The notes: a model not told the origin generated them from the letters alone. 64,000 bases of DNA from Gemmatimonadales bacterium (GCA_965249575.1 OZ252244.1:1024001-1088000), one strand, 5' to 3'. Shown: positions 19,676-30,957, numbered from the stretch's first letter. Translations and numbers: made by a program.

Positions 19676-20580
19676 CGAGGCGGGCGGCCAGCGCGATCGC
19701 CGCACGCATCGATCCGGGATCGGCCCGGTTCGTGCCAGCGATATCGAACGCCGTTCCATGATCGGGCGAGGTGCGGACGAACGGTAATCCCAGCGTCACG
19801 TTGACCGCAGCGCCGAACGACGCCACCTTGATCGCCGTCATCCCCACGTCGTGATACGGCGCGAGCACCGCATCGAACTCGCCTCTCAGCGCTCGCACGA
19901 ACACCGTATCGGCAGGTAGCACCACGCCGCCGAGCGCCTCGGCTGCGGGCGCGAGAATGTCCTGTTCCTCGCTGCCGAACAGGCCGGATTCGCCCGCGTG
20001 CGGGTTGATCGCGCAGAGGGCCAACCGGGGATGATCGATCTTCCACCAATCCCGGAGCGACCGGAGCGTGACCCGGCCGGCGGTCACTACCCGGTCAGTC
20101 GAGAGCGCCGCCACGACCTCGCGGAGGGGGATGTGCGTGGTGACGAGCGCAACGCGTAGCTGTTCCGCGGTCAACATCATGACGGCGTCGACCCCCCCGG
20201 CCAACGCTGCCAGCCACTCAGTGTGTCCCGGATAGCGGTAGCCGGCCAGGTGAAGCGCGCGTTTTTCTGCCGGCCCAGTCACGACGGCGTCGACCTTCCC
20301 GGCGAGGGCCAGCGCGACGGCCTTTTCCACAGCGCGACCGGTCAGCTTTCCGGCCTCCGCGGCGGACATCGAGCGCCCGCTTCCGGCACCGACAAGTCGG
20401 ACATTCGGCTCGGCGTCCGCGTCGATGGCGATCGGTGTCGCCGGTAGGGCTTCGATTAGCGCGGACGGCCCAATGACTGAGAACTCCGCTTCGGCGGGCG
20501 GGTCCTTGAGGGCTTTGGCAGCCACCTCGGGGCCGATTCCCCGGGGATCCCCCACCGTGACGGCAATGCGGGGCCGACGA
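19656..20580 (-). CDS. pdxA: 4-hydroxythreonine-4-phosphate dehydrogenase
   Basis: GDPRGIGPE, GHTE, TTHIPL, NPHAGE, YHD, RTSPDHGTAFDIAG; start anomalous. Confidence 0.93.
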
Positions 20581-21894
20581 CTAGTACTTGACTTCGACGT
20601 AGGTCTTTTCGCGGAGGGTTTGGACGTATCGCTTGATAGCGTTTTCTTCGGCTAGACGCGACCGGATTTGGTCTCGCAGTTCCTCGAAGTTCATTTCCCC
20701 CTCGGGTCGCTCCTCCAGAAACACGATCACCGCATACTTCGTGCGGCCGGCGCCGAGCGCGACGGGGATGGGTCCGAACACGTCACTGGGGTTCGCCTCG
20801 GAGAAGGCCTCAGCGTACGCCGGTGGCAAGCGCGTGCGCGGCACTTCCTCGGCCAGTGTCTCCTCACCCGGATCGTTGTATAGGCGTGCAAGCGAATCGA
20901 ACGGCGCGCCGGCCTCGAGCTGGGCTCGGATCGAATCGGCGAGCACCCGGGCCTGCTCCTGGTTCGCCTCGCTGAGAGCTGGTGACACGAGGATGTGGCG
21001 GGCGTTGACCTCGGCGGGCTCCGATCGCTGTACCTGAATGATGTGAAACCCAAAGGGCGTTCGCACGACGGGCGAGATTTGCCCCGGACGCATCCGGAAC
21101 GCGACGGCTTCGAACTCCCTGACCATCATGCCACGCCGGAACCATCCCAGGTCGCCCCCCCGCTCGCGCGTGCCGATATCGTCGGAGGCCTGCTTCGCCA
21201 CCGTTTCAAAGTCCGCTCCCCGCCGGAGGACGCCGAGTATCGAGTCGGCGCGCGCCCGGGCCGCCACGAGCGCGATGCTATCCGGTTTCGGCCGAACGAC
21301 GATCTGTCGGAAGGTTACGGTCGCCGGCCGGCGCTGACGCGTGCGGTTCTCATCCCAGAACTCCCGCAACTCCGCCTCCGTCGGAATGACCGGACGAAGC
21401 TGACCCCTTTGTCTGAGCTTCTCGAAGAGCGTTGCGGTTGCCAGCTCCTTGAGCTTCTGCTCGGCGAACCACCGCCGATACTCATCCAGCGTGCCGAAGC
21501 CGGAGGAACGGAGTTGCCGCTGGAAATCGAGCTCCGACGCAAACCCCTGCCGCACGTTCCGCACCGATTGCTCTACGGCGTCGAGTACATCTCGATCCGC
21601 TACCTTGATCGAGGTATCGGCGAATGCCTCCTGCACCACCAGTTGGTCGTTGATCAGCCGCTCAAGCAAGCTTTGGTGAAGCGCGTCAAGCTCCGCCGAG
21701 TCCGTGGGCACAGAGCTGCCGCGCTGTCGCAACAGGTTGATCTCCTCGCGAATGCGGGACAGCGGGATTGGTGTCTTCCCCACGATGGCCACGATGCGGT
21801 CGACCGGCACGAAGTCCGTGGTTTGGCCGCGGGCCGGTGGTGTCCCGGCGAGCAGGATCGCTGCACACACCGCGAGTGGGTTACGGTATCGCAT
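20581..21894 (-). CDS. surA: SurA-like peptidyl-prolyl isomerase
   Basis: VDRIVAIVG SurA N-domain; parvulin GGDLGWF..FGFHIIQ; upstream of pdxA. Confidence 0.85.
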   Translation of the reverse strand: MRYRNPLAVCAAILLAGTPPARGQTTDFVPVDRIVAIVGKTPIPLSRIREEINLLRQRGSSVPTDSAELDALHQSLLERLINDQLVVQEAFADTSIKVADRDVLDAVEQSVRNVRQGFASELDFQRQLRSSGFGTLDEYRRWFAEQKLKELATATLFEKLRQRGQLRPVIPTEAELREFWDENRTRQRRPATVTFRQIVVRPKPDSIALVAARARADSILGVLRRGADFETVAKQASDDIGTRERGGDLGWFRRGMMVREFEAVAFRMRPGQISPVVRTPFGFHIIQVQRSEPAEVNARHILVSPALSEANQEQARVLADSIRAQLEAGAPFDSLARLYNDPGEETLAEEVPRTRLPPAYAEAFSEANPSDVFGPIPVALGAGRTKYAVIVFLEERPEGEMNFEELRDQIRSRLAEENAIKRYVQTLREKTYVEVKY

Positions 21895-23317
21895 CTTGGA
21901 GCGTGGTATCAGGTGTACCGAGCGGGAATTCCTGGCCGCCGCCCGGGATAGCCACTTCGGTATTCGCGGCCGCGAGACGAAGCTGGCGCGCGCGCTCGAG
22001 CACCCGGGCTATGCCGGCCGGTACGATGCGCCATTCCCCTTCATCGCGGAGCTTGGCCGCCAGGAGCGCTGGTATGGGAACAAGGGGCACACGACTGTTT
22101 ACCACCGCGGCGAGGTATTGATCCACGCGGAGGGCGGCGAGGCGCTGACGCTCTTCGAGGTTCGCAGCCGAATCGGCCAGCGAAACGGAATCGACCCGAA
22201 TCGCTTCCTGGAGACTCGACAATTCACGCTTGAGGACTGTCCGGAATTCATCGAGATCCAGTGCGCTCAGGGACACGCCCGCGCTCTCTGCCTCGACCTG
22301 CATGACGGCGTTCCGCATCAGCGACCGCAGGAATTGCTGAAGGAGCTCGTCGTCTGCGGCGTCGGCCTGCTGCTGAAACTGAGGTGGCAGGAGCTGAAGC
22401 CACCGCACGAAATCCGAAACCGTGAACTTCCCACCGTCATAGGTTCCGACGATCTTCGTGGACTTGGCGGCGCGTTTCGGATCGGCCAGGGCGGAACGCA
22501 CTCTCGCTGGCGCTCTGGGGTGCACTTCGATCGCGCGCCGCTCGCTCAGATCGGCGAGGTACACCGAGTCCAAACGCTGCTGAAGGCGCACGCGAAGACC
22601 CTCGGTATAGGGCTGCCGCGCGTCCCCCAGCGCCGGGCGGGCCAAAATGTGATACCCGTACTGAGTCTCCACGATCGACGAGAGCTCCCCAGGTCCGAGC
22701 GAAAACGCCGCGTCCTCGAAGGCCGGCAAGCCGGCGTCGCCTCGCTTGATGACACCGACCGTCCCCCCCAATCTCTTGGCGACGGTGTCCTCGTTGAAAC
22801 GGTTCGCCGCTGACCAGGGCGCGCCCCCGGCCAGATTGGCGTGCATGTTCTCCACGCGGCGGCGCTTTTCATCGCGCTGCTCGCGCGGCGTCGTGGGATC
22901 CGTCCTTACCAGCACGTGCTGGATCAGACGGTACTCGCCTTCGTTGTAGATGCTGTCGACGCGGTCGACGCTCAATGGCGGGGCGGCCTCGATCAGCCGT
23001 TCGTGAAACAGCGCCGCGATGCGCTGCCGCGACTCGGGCCACAGGGTTGTGAAAACCGTCGCCGAGTCGAGAAGCGAGTCGCCCGCGAGCACGCGCTGTG
23101 CGAACAGCGAATAGTCCACCCACAGGGCCGCCAACCGCTCGACCACGTCCCGCCGGAGCGCCAGCCCGCGACCCTGCGCGACGATTTCGCTCAGCCGCCG
23201 GACCGTCAACTCGTAATCGCCTGCCCGCGCGGCCACCGGGACGTTCGCCGTGATGGCCTCGCGGCACCCTACGGCCATCGTTACGGCGAACACAAATCCA
23301 CACAGCCAACGTCTCAT
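21881..23317 (-). CDS. Parvulin-type peptidyl-prolyl isomerase lipoprotein
   Basis: AVGC lipobox; HVLV, FEDAAFSL, ETQYGYHIL. Confidence 0.85.
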   Translation of the reverse strand: MRRWLCGFVFAVTMAVGCREAITANVPVAARAGDYELTVRRLSEIVAQGRGLALRRDVVERLAALWVDYSLFAQRVLAGDSLLDSATVFTTLWPESRQRIAALFHERLIEAAPPLSVDRVDSIYNEGEYRLIQHVLVRTDPTTPREQRDEKRRRVENMHANLAGGAPWSAANRFNEDTVAKRLGGTVGVIKRGDAGLPAFEDAAFSLGPGELSSIVETQYGYHILARPALGDARQPYTEGLRVRLQQRLDSVYLADLSERRAIEVHPRAPARVRSALADPKRAAKSTKIVGTYDGGKFTVSDFVRWLQLLPPQFQQQADAADDELLQQFLRSLMRNAVMQVEAESAGVSLSALDLDEFRTVLKRELSSLQEAIRVDSVSLADSAANLEERQRLAALRVDQYLAAVVNSRVPLVPIPALLAAKLRDEGEWRIVPAGIARVLERARQLRLAAANTEVAIPGGGQEFPLGTPDTTLQDAIP

Positions 23318-23360
23318 CGGGTACCCACCTTCTTATCGATCTCGACCCCCACCGCATGAA

Positions 23361-26300
23361 TCAACTAAGCTGCTCCCCCGCCGGTTCTGCTACTTCTCCC
23401 GCGGCGACGGCCATCGCTTGCACTAGGCCGCGACCCATGGGGATCCCGCCCAGGCGGGTCAAACGAAGCGACAACGGGACGGTGCGCCGTACGTCGGCGG
23501 CGAACTGAACCTGGTCAAGGGCCGCGGTAAGCCCCGCCAATCTGACCGGCGCGGTCGCCCGAAAACTTAGCCGCGCCTCGTCACCCCGAACCAGGACCGT
23601 TTCCAATCCCAGTCGGGCTCCAACGGCGCGAAGCTCTGAGATCGTCAGTAGACACTCCGCCTCGTCGGGGAGCGGACCGAACCGATCCCGCAATTCCTCC
23701 CGTAGGCTCGCAATTTCGCCAAGTCGTCCGGCCCGCGCCAGGCGCCGGTAGAAGTCGAGCTTTGCGTCATCATCGGGAACGTAGACATCCGCGAGGTGGG
23801 CCGCACCGTCGAACGTGACCTCCGGCGGGGGCATCGTGTCGTCGGCCGCCTCGCCCTTGAGAGCGCGCACCGCGTCACCCAGCCAACGCATGTACAGGTC
23901 GAACCCAACTGCGTGCGCGTGGCCGGACTGCGCAGCTCCAAGTAGGTTCCCCGCTCCCCGAAGCTCGAGATCCCGGAGCGCGATGCGATAGCCGGATCCC
24001 AACTCGGTGTGATGCTCGAGGACCTGCAATCGTTTCTCCGCCTCAGGATCGACCTCGTCGGGAACGAGGAGATAACAATACGCGCGGCGGTGGCCCCGTC
24101 CGACCCGGCCCCTGAGCTGATAGAGCTGGGCGAGGCCGAGCTGGTCGGCCCGATGCACGATCATGGTGTTCGCGTTACCGACATCCAGCCCTGACTCCAC
24201 GATCATGGTCGACACGAGCACATCGACGTCGCCAGCCACGAATGCCCGCATCACCCCATCCAGGTCTCGCTCGGCCACTTGGCCGTGTCCCACAGCCACC
24301 CGTGCTCGCGGCGCGAGGCGACGAACGCGTTCGGCAATCGACTCGATCGTCTCGATCCTGTTGTGTACGAAGAACACCTGTCCGCCACGATCCAATTCCC
24401 GAGCCATCGCCTCTTCAAGGAGGGCGTCGTCCCACGGCTCGATGAACGTCAACACCGGCGATCGGTCCCGCGGGGGCGTGTCGATCAGCGTGAGGTCACG
24501 TATCCCCGACAGCGCCAGGTGAAGAGTGCGCGGGATGGGGGTGGCGGTCAACGTGAGCACATGCACTTCGAGCTTGAGCTCCTTGAGGCGTTCTTTGTGG
24601 CGAACGCCAAAGCGATGCTCCTCGTCCACGATGAGGAGCCCGAGGTTGCGAAACACGACGTCCTTCGACAGGAGGCGATGCGTGCCGATCACGACATCCA
24701 CCACGCCGGCCTCGAGCTCCCGCCGGACGCCCCGCTGCTCCGCCGGGGAACGGAACCGCGACAGGACCTCCACTCGGACCGGGAAGTCGGCGAACCGATC
24801 GCGATAGGTTCGGGCGTGCTGCTCGGCGAGGATGGTGGTGGGTACGAGCATCGCGGCTTGTCTTCCCGCCTGGACCATCTTGAACGCCGCGCGGACCGCA
24901 ATCTCGGTCTTCCCGTAGCCCACGTCGCCGACCACCAGGCGGTCCATCGGCTGCGGCCGTTCCATATCGCGCTTGACCTCATCGGCGGCCGTTCGTTGAT
25001 CCGGCGTATCCTCATAGAGAAAGGCCGACTCGAGCTCCCGCTGCCATCGGGTATCCGGCGGACAGGCGATGCCCGTGGCCAGCGACCGCTGAGCGTAAAG
25101 CTCCAAGAGTTCAGCGGCGAGTTGCCGTACCGCTCGCTCGGTACGCTCACGCCGCTTGCGCCACCGAGTCGAGCCTAGGCGATCCAGCCGGGGAACCGGG
25201 GCCGACCCATCGGCGCTCCGATACGGCTCGAGCTGATCCAGGCGGTAAAGGGGGACACTCAGGCGGTCTCCGCCCTCATACTCCAAGACGGCCACCTCGA
25301 TCGAACCGGCGCCGGCGTCGATGTTGTCGATTCCCCGGTAGATCCCGATGCCGTGCTCGAGGTGCACCACGACATCACCGGGTGTCGGCGAGCCGGCCGA
25401 GACGGACGCCAGCGCCTGCTTGAATCGGCGAGGTCGCCGGATCCTCCGGGCACGCCGGAAGATCTCGTGGTCCGTGAGCACGATCAGCTCGGGTAGGGCA
25501 AACCCACCATGCAGCGCGCCCAGCGCGAGTGTGGCGTACTTGGGCAACCTGCCCTCCGGACCGTCCTCGCCGAGCAGTTCCTCGAGTCGCTCGAGTTGTC
25601 CCTCGTTGTCACAGAGGATGAGCGTCGGAGTGCCCGCAGCCAGGCGCGCGAGCTTTCGGATGTTCCCCTCGATGGGCTCCGGGGCGAAGAGCCCAAAGTC
25701 GTGGCTCGCCTCCTCCCGCCCGCCGGTATCGACGATGCGCAGCTGGGCGAGGCTCGCCCATTTCTCGGTCCACGCCTCGGGAGATAGGAACACGAAGTCC
25801 CGGCCGGGCACGTCCTCCCCGCGGCGGCGCGCGACTTCGAGGTGGTGAGCAGATTCATCCCACAGACGTCGGACATCGCCCACGTCAACGTCAGAATCGA
25901 CGAACACCAAAACGTCCGGTGGAACGAGGTCCAGGAGCGTCGTCCGATCCTCCCCCGGCCTTCCCGCCCCCCCACCCAGCTCCCCGATCGCGCTCTTGAA
26001 CGCGACGGGAAGAATCGACACCGCGTCCACCTCATGCGCGGAGCGTTGAGAGTCCAGATCGAAGGCTCGAATCGAGAGCACCTCGTCACCCCACCACTCG
26101 ATGCGAGCCGGCGCGGCCATTCCAAACCCGTACACGTCAACGATCCCGCCTCGGACCGCGAACTGCGCGACATCGAGTACGGTCGGGGTCCGCGCATAGC
26201 CCATCCGTTCGAGCTGCCTAACGACTGACGAGGGCTTTCGATCGGTGCCGGACCCGATATCGAGTCGGTTTTCGGCCAGCGCTGCGGGTGCCCGCGTGCG

Positions 26301-26678
26301 TTCGGCGGTGGCGCGGAGCGTGGTAACGACGATCCGCGCGCTCCCCCCGAGTACGGCCTCGATGGTCTCGACGCGCTCGCCCGCGATCTCTAGGTGCGGC
26401 TCCTCCTCGCCCAGCGCCTCCCGCTGCGGATACAGGCGCACCTGATCGCCGGTCAATACCCCAAGATCGGCGAGCCAGCGTTCGGCGGATGCCGGCGTTG
26501 CGCAGGCGACGAGAAAGACACGCTGCTGGAAATCTTCGGAGAGCGCGGCGAGCACGACGGCAGCGCTGGACCCGGGGAGGCCCGCGGTGGAGATGGCCTG
26601 GCCGCGGGAGGGGAGGGAGTTCGCGAATGCACGGTAAGCCGGAACCGACTTGAGCGCGGCCACGAGCCGCGGCAGCAT
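23361..26678 (-). CDS. mfd: Transcription-repair coupling factor
   Basis: VHLEHGIG, ETPDQ, GDVGYGKT, DEEH, TATPIPRT, QLRGRVGR, DLELRGAGNLLG. Confidence 0.97.
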   Translation of the reverse strand: MLPRLVAALKSVPAYRAFANSLPSRGQAISTAGLPGSSAAVVLAALSEDFQQRVFLVACATPASAERWLADLGVLTGDQVRLYPQREALGEEEPHLEIAGERVETIEAVLGGSARIVVTTLRATAERTRAPAALAENRLDIGSGTDRKPSSVVRQLERMGYARTPTVLDVAQFAVRGGIVDVYGFGMAAPARIEWWGDEVLSIRAFDLDSQRSAHEVDAVSILPVAFKSAIGELGGGAGRPGEDRTTLLDLVPPDVLVFVDSDVDVGDVRRLWDESAHHLEVARRRGEDVPGRDFVFLSPEAWTEKWASLAQLRIVDTGGREEASHDFGLFAPEPIEGNIRKLARLAAGTPTLILCDNEGQLERLEELLGEDGPEGRLPKYATLALGALHGGFALPELIVLTDHEIFRRARRIRRPRRFKQALASVSAGSPTPGDVVVHLEHGIGIYRGIDNIDAGAGSIEVAVLEYEGGDRLSVPLYRLDQLEPYRSADGSAPVPRLDRLGSTRWRKRRERTERAVRQLAAELLELYAQRSLATGIACPPDTRWQRELESAFLYEDTPDQRTAADEVKRDMERPQPMDRLVVGDVGYGKTEIAVRAAFKMVQAGRQAAMLVPTTILAEQHARTYRDRFADFPVRVEVLSRFRSPAEQRGVRRELEAGVVDVVIGTHRLLSKDVVFRNLGLLIVDEEHRFGVRHKERLKELKLEVHVLTLTATPIPRTLHLALSGIRDLTLIDTPPRDRSPVLTFIEPWDDALLEEAMARELDRGGQVFFVHNRIETIESIAERVRRLAPRARVAVGHGQVAERDLDGVMRAFVAGDVDVLVSTMIVESGLDVGNANTMIVHRADQLGLAQLYQLRGRVGRGHRRAYCYLLVPDEVDPEAEKRLQVLEHHTELGSGYRIALRDLELRGAGNLLGAAQSGHAHAVGFDLYMRWLGDAVRALKGEAADDTMPPPEVTFDGAAHLADVYVPDDDAKLDFYRRLARAGRLGEIASLREELRDRFGPLPDEAECLLTISELRAVGARLGLETVLVRGDEARLSFRATAPVRLAGLTAALDQVQFAADVRRTVPLSLRLTRLGGIPMGRGLVQAMAVAAGEVAEPAGEQLS

Positions 26679-28478
26679 CTACGCCCTCCGCTCCAGGTGT
26701 CCCCCGGCGCTGGCGACCGCCAATTCAGCCAGCGCCGTGAGGACAGCGGCGGCGACGAGGAGCGTCGAGAGGTCTGCGCGCTTCGCACCGCGAAACAGTT
26801 CCTCCTCGAGCTCGTCCTCAGCAACCAGATCGGCGCCGGGTCCGAACGTCGCCCGCAACGATCGTCGATCGGTAGGTTCGAGCATGGACTCCCGCGGATC
26901 GTGGTTGACCTCGAGCGCACCGATGGTATCGCCGGTTGCCGCACTCATAAAATACACGCCCGGTTGGAGTGGTGCGGTCATGCGGCGGTCGGGTGGGACG
27001 GGAGACGAGCCGGTGAGCCCATGGAGGGTCCTGGCCGATGGCGGCACCTCGACGACTGCGCCCGGCGTCGAACGCACGATCGACGAGCCGCTGGTGGCCA
27101 GCCCGTTGGTCAGCAGGTCGAGGAACGGAATGAACCCGGCGGTTACCGGAAGCTCGGTCCACGTCAGGTCCATCCGGCTGGCGACGATCACGATCTCCCC
27201 GTCCCGCACGATCCACGGATCGGCGCCGGCACGCGCGAGCACCACCCCCGATCCGGTCAGCCGGTAGCGGCGGTAGATGGCCGCACCCACAGCGGGCCCA
27301 ACCTCCCCCGCCGCTTGCCACTCCCCGGAGAGAAGCTCCCCGAATCGCCAGCTGACACCGCGGGCAGCCAGCGCGCGGTTGATCCCACCGAGCAGCGCCG
27401 GGTCTGCGGGCGGAAGAAGGGCCGTCCGCGCCGGCGCCAGGTCGTCCGCAATCCGAACGAGATCTCCTGTTCCGATGCGCCCAGATTCTTGCAGGACCTT
27501 GAGGCCCTCCCGCACAAAGCGACCGGCGCCGGGGCCGGCTCTCACCGCCGCCGGTTCGGCAACTCGAACCGCCAGCCGCCACTGGTCATCGCTGCGCATT
27601 TCATCTGGATCGAGGCTCACGCTCGCCGCGTACCAACCCCGCGTCGCCGGGCTGGCACGCAGCGCAACGCGCTCGCCGGGCGCTACGACGGACTGACTCA
27701 TGTCCTGACCGTCCAGGGAGAGCCGCACAGCGGTCGGTAGGTCCCCTACCCCATCGACGGATGCGATAACCGACCCGTCCGGACGCCAGACGGTCGGTTC
27801 CACGCGTGCCGAGGTCACCCCGCGATTGGCCGGGCGAGCGGACGGTAGAACGGCCACCACGCGCGCCGAAGGCGCAGGCCCGGACGAGAACGCGGATGCC
27901 TGCAGATCACTCAATACGACGACCTCGTGGCCCGGCAACGGATCTTCTTCGATCGCGCTCGACGCGGTGCGCACGGCGTCCCCGAGATCGAGCCGCGTGG
28001 GCCACGGCGCAATGCTATCGAGCGTGGCGGCCGCCTCGATCTTCGAGACTCGCCGCGGGATGCCGTCCGCTAGCATCAGCCACAAGCGGTCCGATTCACC
28101 GACTCGCTCGATTACACGCCTCGCCCGCTCGACCAACTCCTCCAGGGCTCGAGTTCCGGAGACCACCGCGCCGGACGAGAGCGAGTTGTCAACGATCACC
28201 GCCACGGCGGTGGGGGCGTGCACGCTCCCCATGGCGACGTCGGCCACCGGACGCGCCGCGGCGAGGACGATGAGGATGATGATAAGCGTCCGCAGAAGGA
28301 GTAAGAGAAGGTTACGCAGCTTGAGCCGGCGACTGTGTTCCCGTTCAGTTTGCGAAAGGTACCGGACCGCCGGAAAGATCACGGTCGGGGGCTCGCGCCG
28401 CTGCAGGAGATGCAGCAAGGCCGGAATCGCGGCGCCGGCGAGCGCGAAAAGCGCCAGCGGCTGAAGAAAGGAAATCAC
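26679..28478 (-). CDS. BatA-domain / vWA membrane protein
   Basis: SFLQPLAL..IPALLHL..FPAVRYL..LLLLLRTL..AARP; DNSLS MIDAS-like motif; LSDLQ. Confidence 0.85.
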   Translation of the reverse strand: MISFLQPLALFALAGAAIPALLHLLQRREPPTVIFPAVRYLSQTEREHSRRLKLRNLLLLLLRTLIIILIVLAAARPVADVAMGSVHAPTAVAVIVDNSLSSGAVVSGTRALEELVERARRVIERVGESDRLWLMLADGIPRRVSKIEAAATLDSIAPWPTRLDLGDAVRTASSAIEEDPLPGHEVVVLSDLQASAFSSGPAPSARVVAVLPSARPANRGVTSARVEPTVWRPDGSVIASVDGVGDLPTAVRLSLDGQDMSQSVVAPGERVALRASPATRGWYAASVSLDPDEMRSDDQWRLAVRVAEPAAVRAGPGAGRFVREGLKVLQESGRIGTGDLVRIADDLAPARTALLPPADPALLGGINRALAARGVSWRFGELLSGEWQAAGEVGPAVGAAIYRRYRLTGSGVVLARAGADPWIVRDGEIVIVASRMDLTWTELPVTAGFIPFLDLLTNGLATSGSSIVRSTPGAVVEVPPSARTLHGLTGSSPVPPDRRMTAPLQPGVYFMSAATGDTIGALEVNHDPRESMLEPTDRRSLRATFGPGADLVAEDELEEELFRGAKRADLSTLLVAAAVLTALAELAVASAGGHLERRA

Positions 28479-29380
28479 CCGAGGCGGGACCGCCGAGTCG
28501 TGGCGCGACGCAGCACGTGGCCGAACGGCGTGTCCGTCATGACATGGTGATACGCGATGGACCCGCGGCGGCATGCCGCCCGCCACTCCGCCACGGTACG
28601 CTGCACCGTCTCCATGTAAGCGGCTCGCAGCTCCCGAGGGCGAACCACGACTCCGCTGCCGGTCTCCGGGTCTTCGAACCGCGCTTCAGGGGGTCCCTGG
28701 AGCATGAGTTCCGCGGGGTCCATGATATGAAAGACCGAAACCTGATGGCCCCGGTGCCTCAGGTACTGGAGCGCAAGCATCGCGAGGTCGCGGTCCAGCA
28801 AGAGGTCGGAAACGAAAACCACCAAGCCCCGGCGCCGAAGAAGATCGGTCACCCGGCGCAGCGCAGGCTCCGCCGCGGTGCCGTGTCCGGCTTCGAGTTT
28901 TTCGATGGCTGTCAGGAGAGTCCACCACTGTTGCGTCCGTACCCGCGCTGGTACGACGTCGCGCACCTCGTCGTCAAAACCGATGAAACCGGTGGCGTCG
29001 CGCTGTCGAAGCAACACCAGGGCGAGCGCCGCGGCCAGACGCTTGGCATACTCGAGCTTGGTAAGCCGACGCGGGTCGCCGGTCCAGTCCATCGATCGGC
29101 TGGCGTCGAACACCACCATCGATCGCAGGTTGGTCTCTTCCTCGAATTGCTTGACCACGAGGCGGTCTGACCGGGCGAGCATCTTCCAGTCAACGTACCG
29201 CAGCTCGTCACCAGGCTGATACGGTCGATGCTCTACGAACTCGACCGAAAACCCCCGAAACGGAGAGCGATGCATACCGGCCAAGAAACCCTCAACGACC
29301 CCGTCCGCCACCAGCTCGATCCCCCCGAGTTGGGCGACCTCGAAGGGATCGAGCAGGTCAACGCGCTTTGAAGGAGCCAT
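28475..29380 (-). CDS. DUF58 protein
   Basis: GMHRSPFRGFSVEFVEHRPYQPGDELRYVDWK, EEETN, DASRSM. Confidence 0.92.
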   Translation of the reverse strand: MAPSKRVDLLDPFEVAQLGGIELVADGVVEGFLAGMHRSPFRGFSVEFVEHRPYQPGDELRYVDWKMLARSDRLVVKQFEEETNLRSMVVFDASRSMDWTGDPRRLTKLEYAKRLAAALALVLLRQRDATGFIGFDDEVRDVVPARVRTQQWWTLLTAIEKLEAGHGTAAEPALRRVTDLLRRRGLVVFVSDLLLDRDLAMLALQYLRHRGHQVSVFHIMDPAELMLQGPPEARFEDPETGSGVVVRPRELRAAYMETVQRTVAEWRAACRRGSIAYHHVMTDTPFGHVLRRATTRRSRLG

Positions 29381-29583
29381 GGAGCGCGGAACGTACGCCG
29401 GCGGCCATCCGAAAGTCAACGCATGGGTCAGCTGTCACCCCGTGGGGACATCCCGCCTGGTGATAACACGCAGCTGAAAGCCATAAGTGCATGTCGGACA
29501 ACAGTATGGCCGTTTGATCCCAGCGTGGCATATTGCCTGCTTCGTGATACATTGAATCTGCTTCGGTTTTTGGAGGTCATGAC

Positions 29584-30957
29584 ATGACGCAGTTGGCCGC
29601 GCTAGCGGTCCTGCTTGCCACCGTACCCCCGGGTGACGGCGGTGACGCTTCCTTTTCCATATACATGGACCGGCATCGTGCCGCGCAGGGACCCCTCGTC
29701 CAGCTCTCGATGAATCAGGACGAGCTCTTCGAGCAGGGCGACAGGGCACGAGTGTACTTCCGCGCCGAACAGGCCTCCTACGTGACGATCTTCCGTGTGG
29801 ACACGGACGGACGCGTCCGGGTGATTCACCCGCTCGAACCGTGGGAGGATAATTACGCGCGCGCGCGCCAGCGGTACGAGGTTCGGCGGCCCGGCGAGAA
29901 GTTCGCCTTCACGGTGGACGACTACCCTGGCTAGGGTTACCTGCTCGCCGTCACCAGCCTCGACCCATTCGACTATTCCGACTACGTACGCGGGGACCAT
30001 TGGGACTATCGGGTGATCGCCACCAGCGGCCGGATCGCCGGCGATCCGTATGTCGCGCTCATGGAGCTGGCCGACCACATCGTCCCGGCCAACTACGTCG
30101 ACTATTCCTACGACGTCCTTCCGTATTTCGTCGAGGAACGGTACGAGTATCCCCGATTCCTGTGCTACGATTGCCACGCATATGCGGCGTACCCCTACTG
30201 GGATCCGTACGTACACTCGTGCCTGCGCTTCCAGATCGTGATCTACGACGAGCCGTACTACTATCCCGCCCGGTATTACCCGGGGACCCGGGTAGTATAC
30301 CGGCGGGGTGATCGCGTAGAGCCACGCTACGTCTTCAAAGACCGCGTGCCCACGCAGCCGTACGTCGTGAGGCAACGCGCGCGGCCCACCGATCCGACAG
30401 GCCGGCGAATCGCCGATCCCGGCGTTACCAGCACGGACTTGGGTGGCGCAGGTCGCGTTCCGGCACCCACACGCGGCCGTGACGACCTCGGCCCCCGAGC
30501 GGCGCCCGGGCGGGATGGTCGGCGGCCCGCACCGGCGCTCGATGGGGGTAGGCGCCCCGCACCGGCGAGCGCGGGGATTCGAGTTCCCTCACCCAGCACC
30601 CCCGCGGCTCGGCAACCGGAGGAGCGTGCCCGTCCCGAAGCCGAGGAACCGGAAGAGCGCACCCGGCAGCAGCCGAGTCTCGAGCGGCGGGATCCAAAGC
30701 GCGTTTCCCCTCCCGAGCGGGAGCCCAGGGATGCTGAGGCATCGCCGCCACCGTCCCGGCCGGAACCTAAACGAGTGGAACCCCGGACCGAGCCGTCGCG
30801 CGCAGAACCGCCGCGTCGGACCGAGCCGCAGTCCGAGCCCAGGCGGGCGGAGCCGGCTAGGCCCCCCGCCCGATCGCGCCCTCCGGCGGCTCGGCCCAAA
30901 CCCGAACCACGGTCCGCTCCTCCTCCGACGGAGCCGAGGCGTCGGCCGAGTTCGTAA
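29584..30957 (+). CDS. DUF4384-domain secreted protein with a Pro/Arg-rich tail, interrupted by one in-frame TAG (29932-29934)
   Basis: GDRARVYFR..YVTIFRVDTDGRVRVIHP; the frame continues after TAG as GYLLAVTS...; CYDCH motif. Confidence 0.75.

Noticed and set aside
29932..29934. Genome-wide TAG reassignment
   Set aside because: TAG ends several conserved genes at their expected positions.
30480..30957. Repetitive Pro/Arg/Glu-rich sequence
   Set aside because: Low-complexity protein tail with no exact DNA periodicity.
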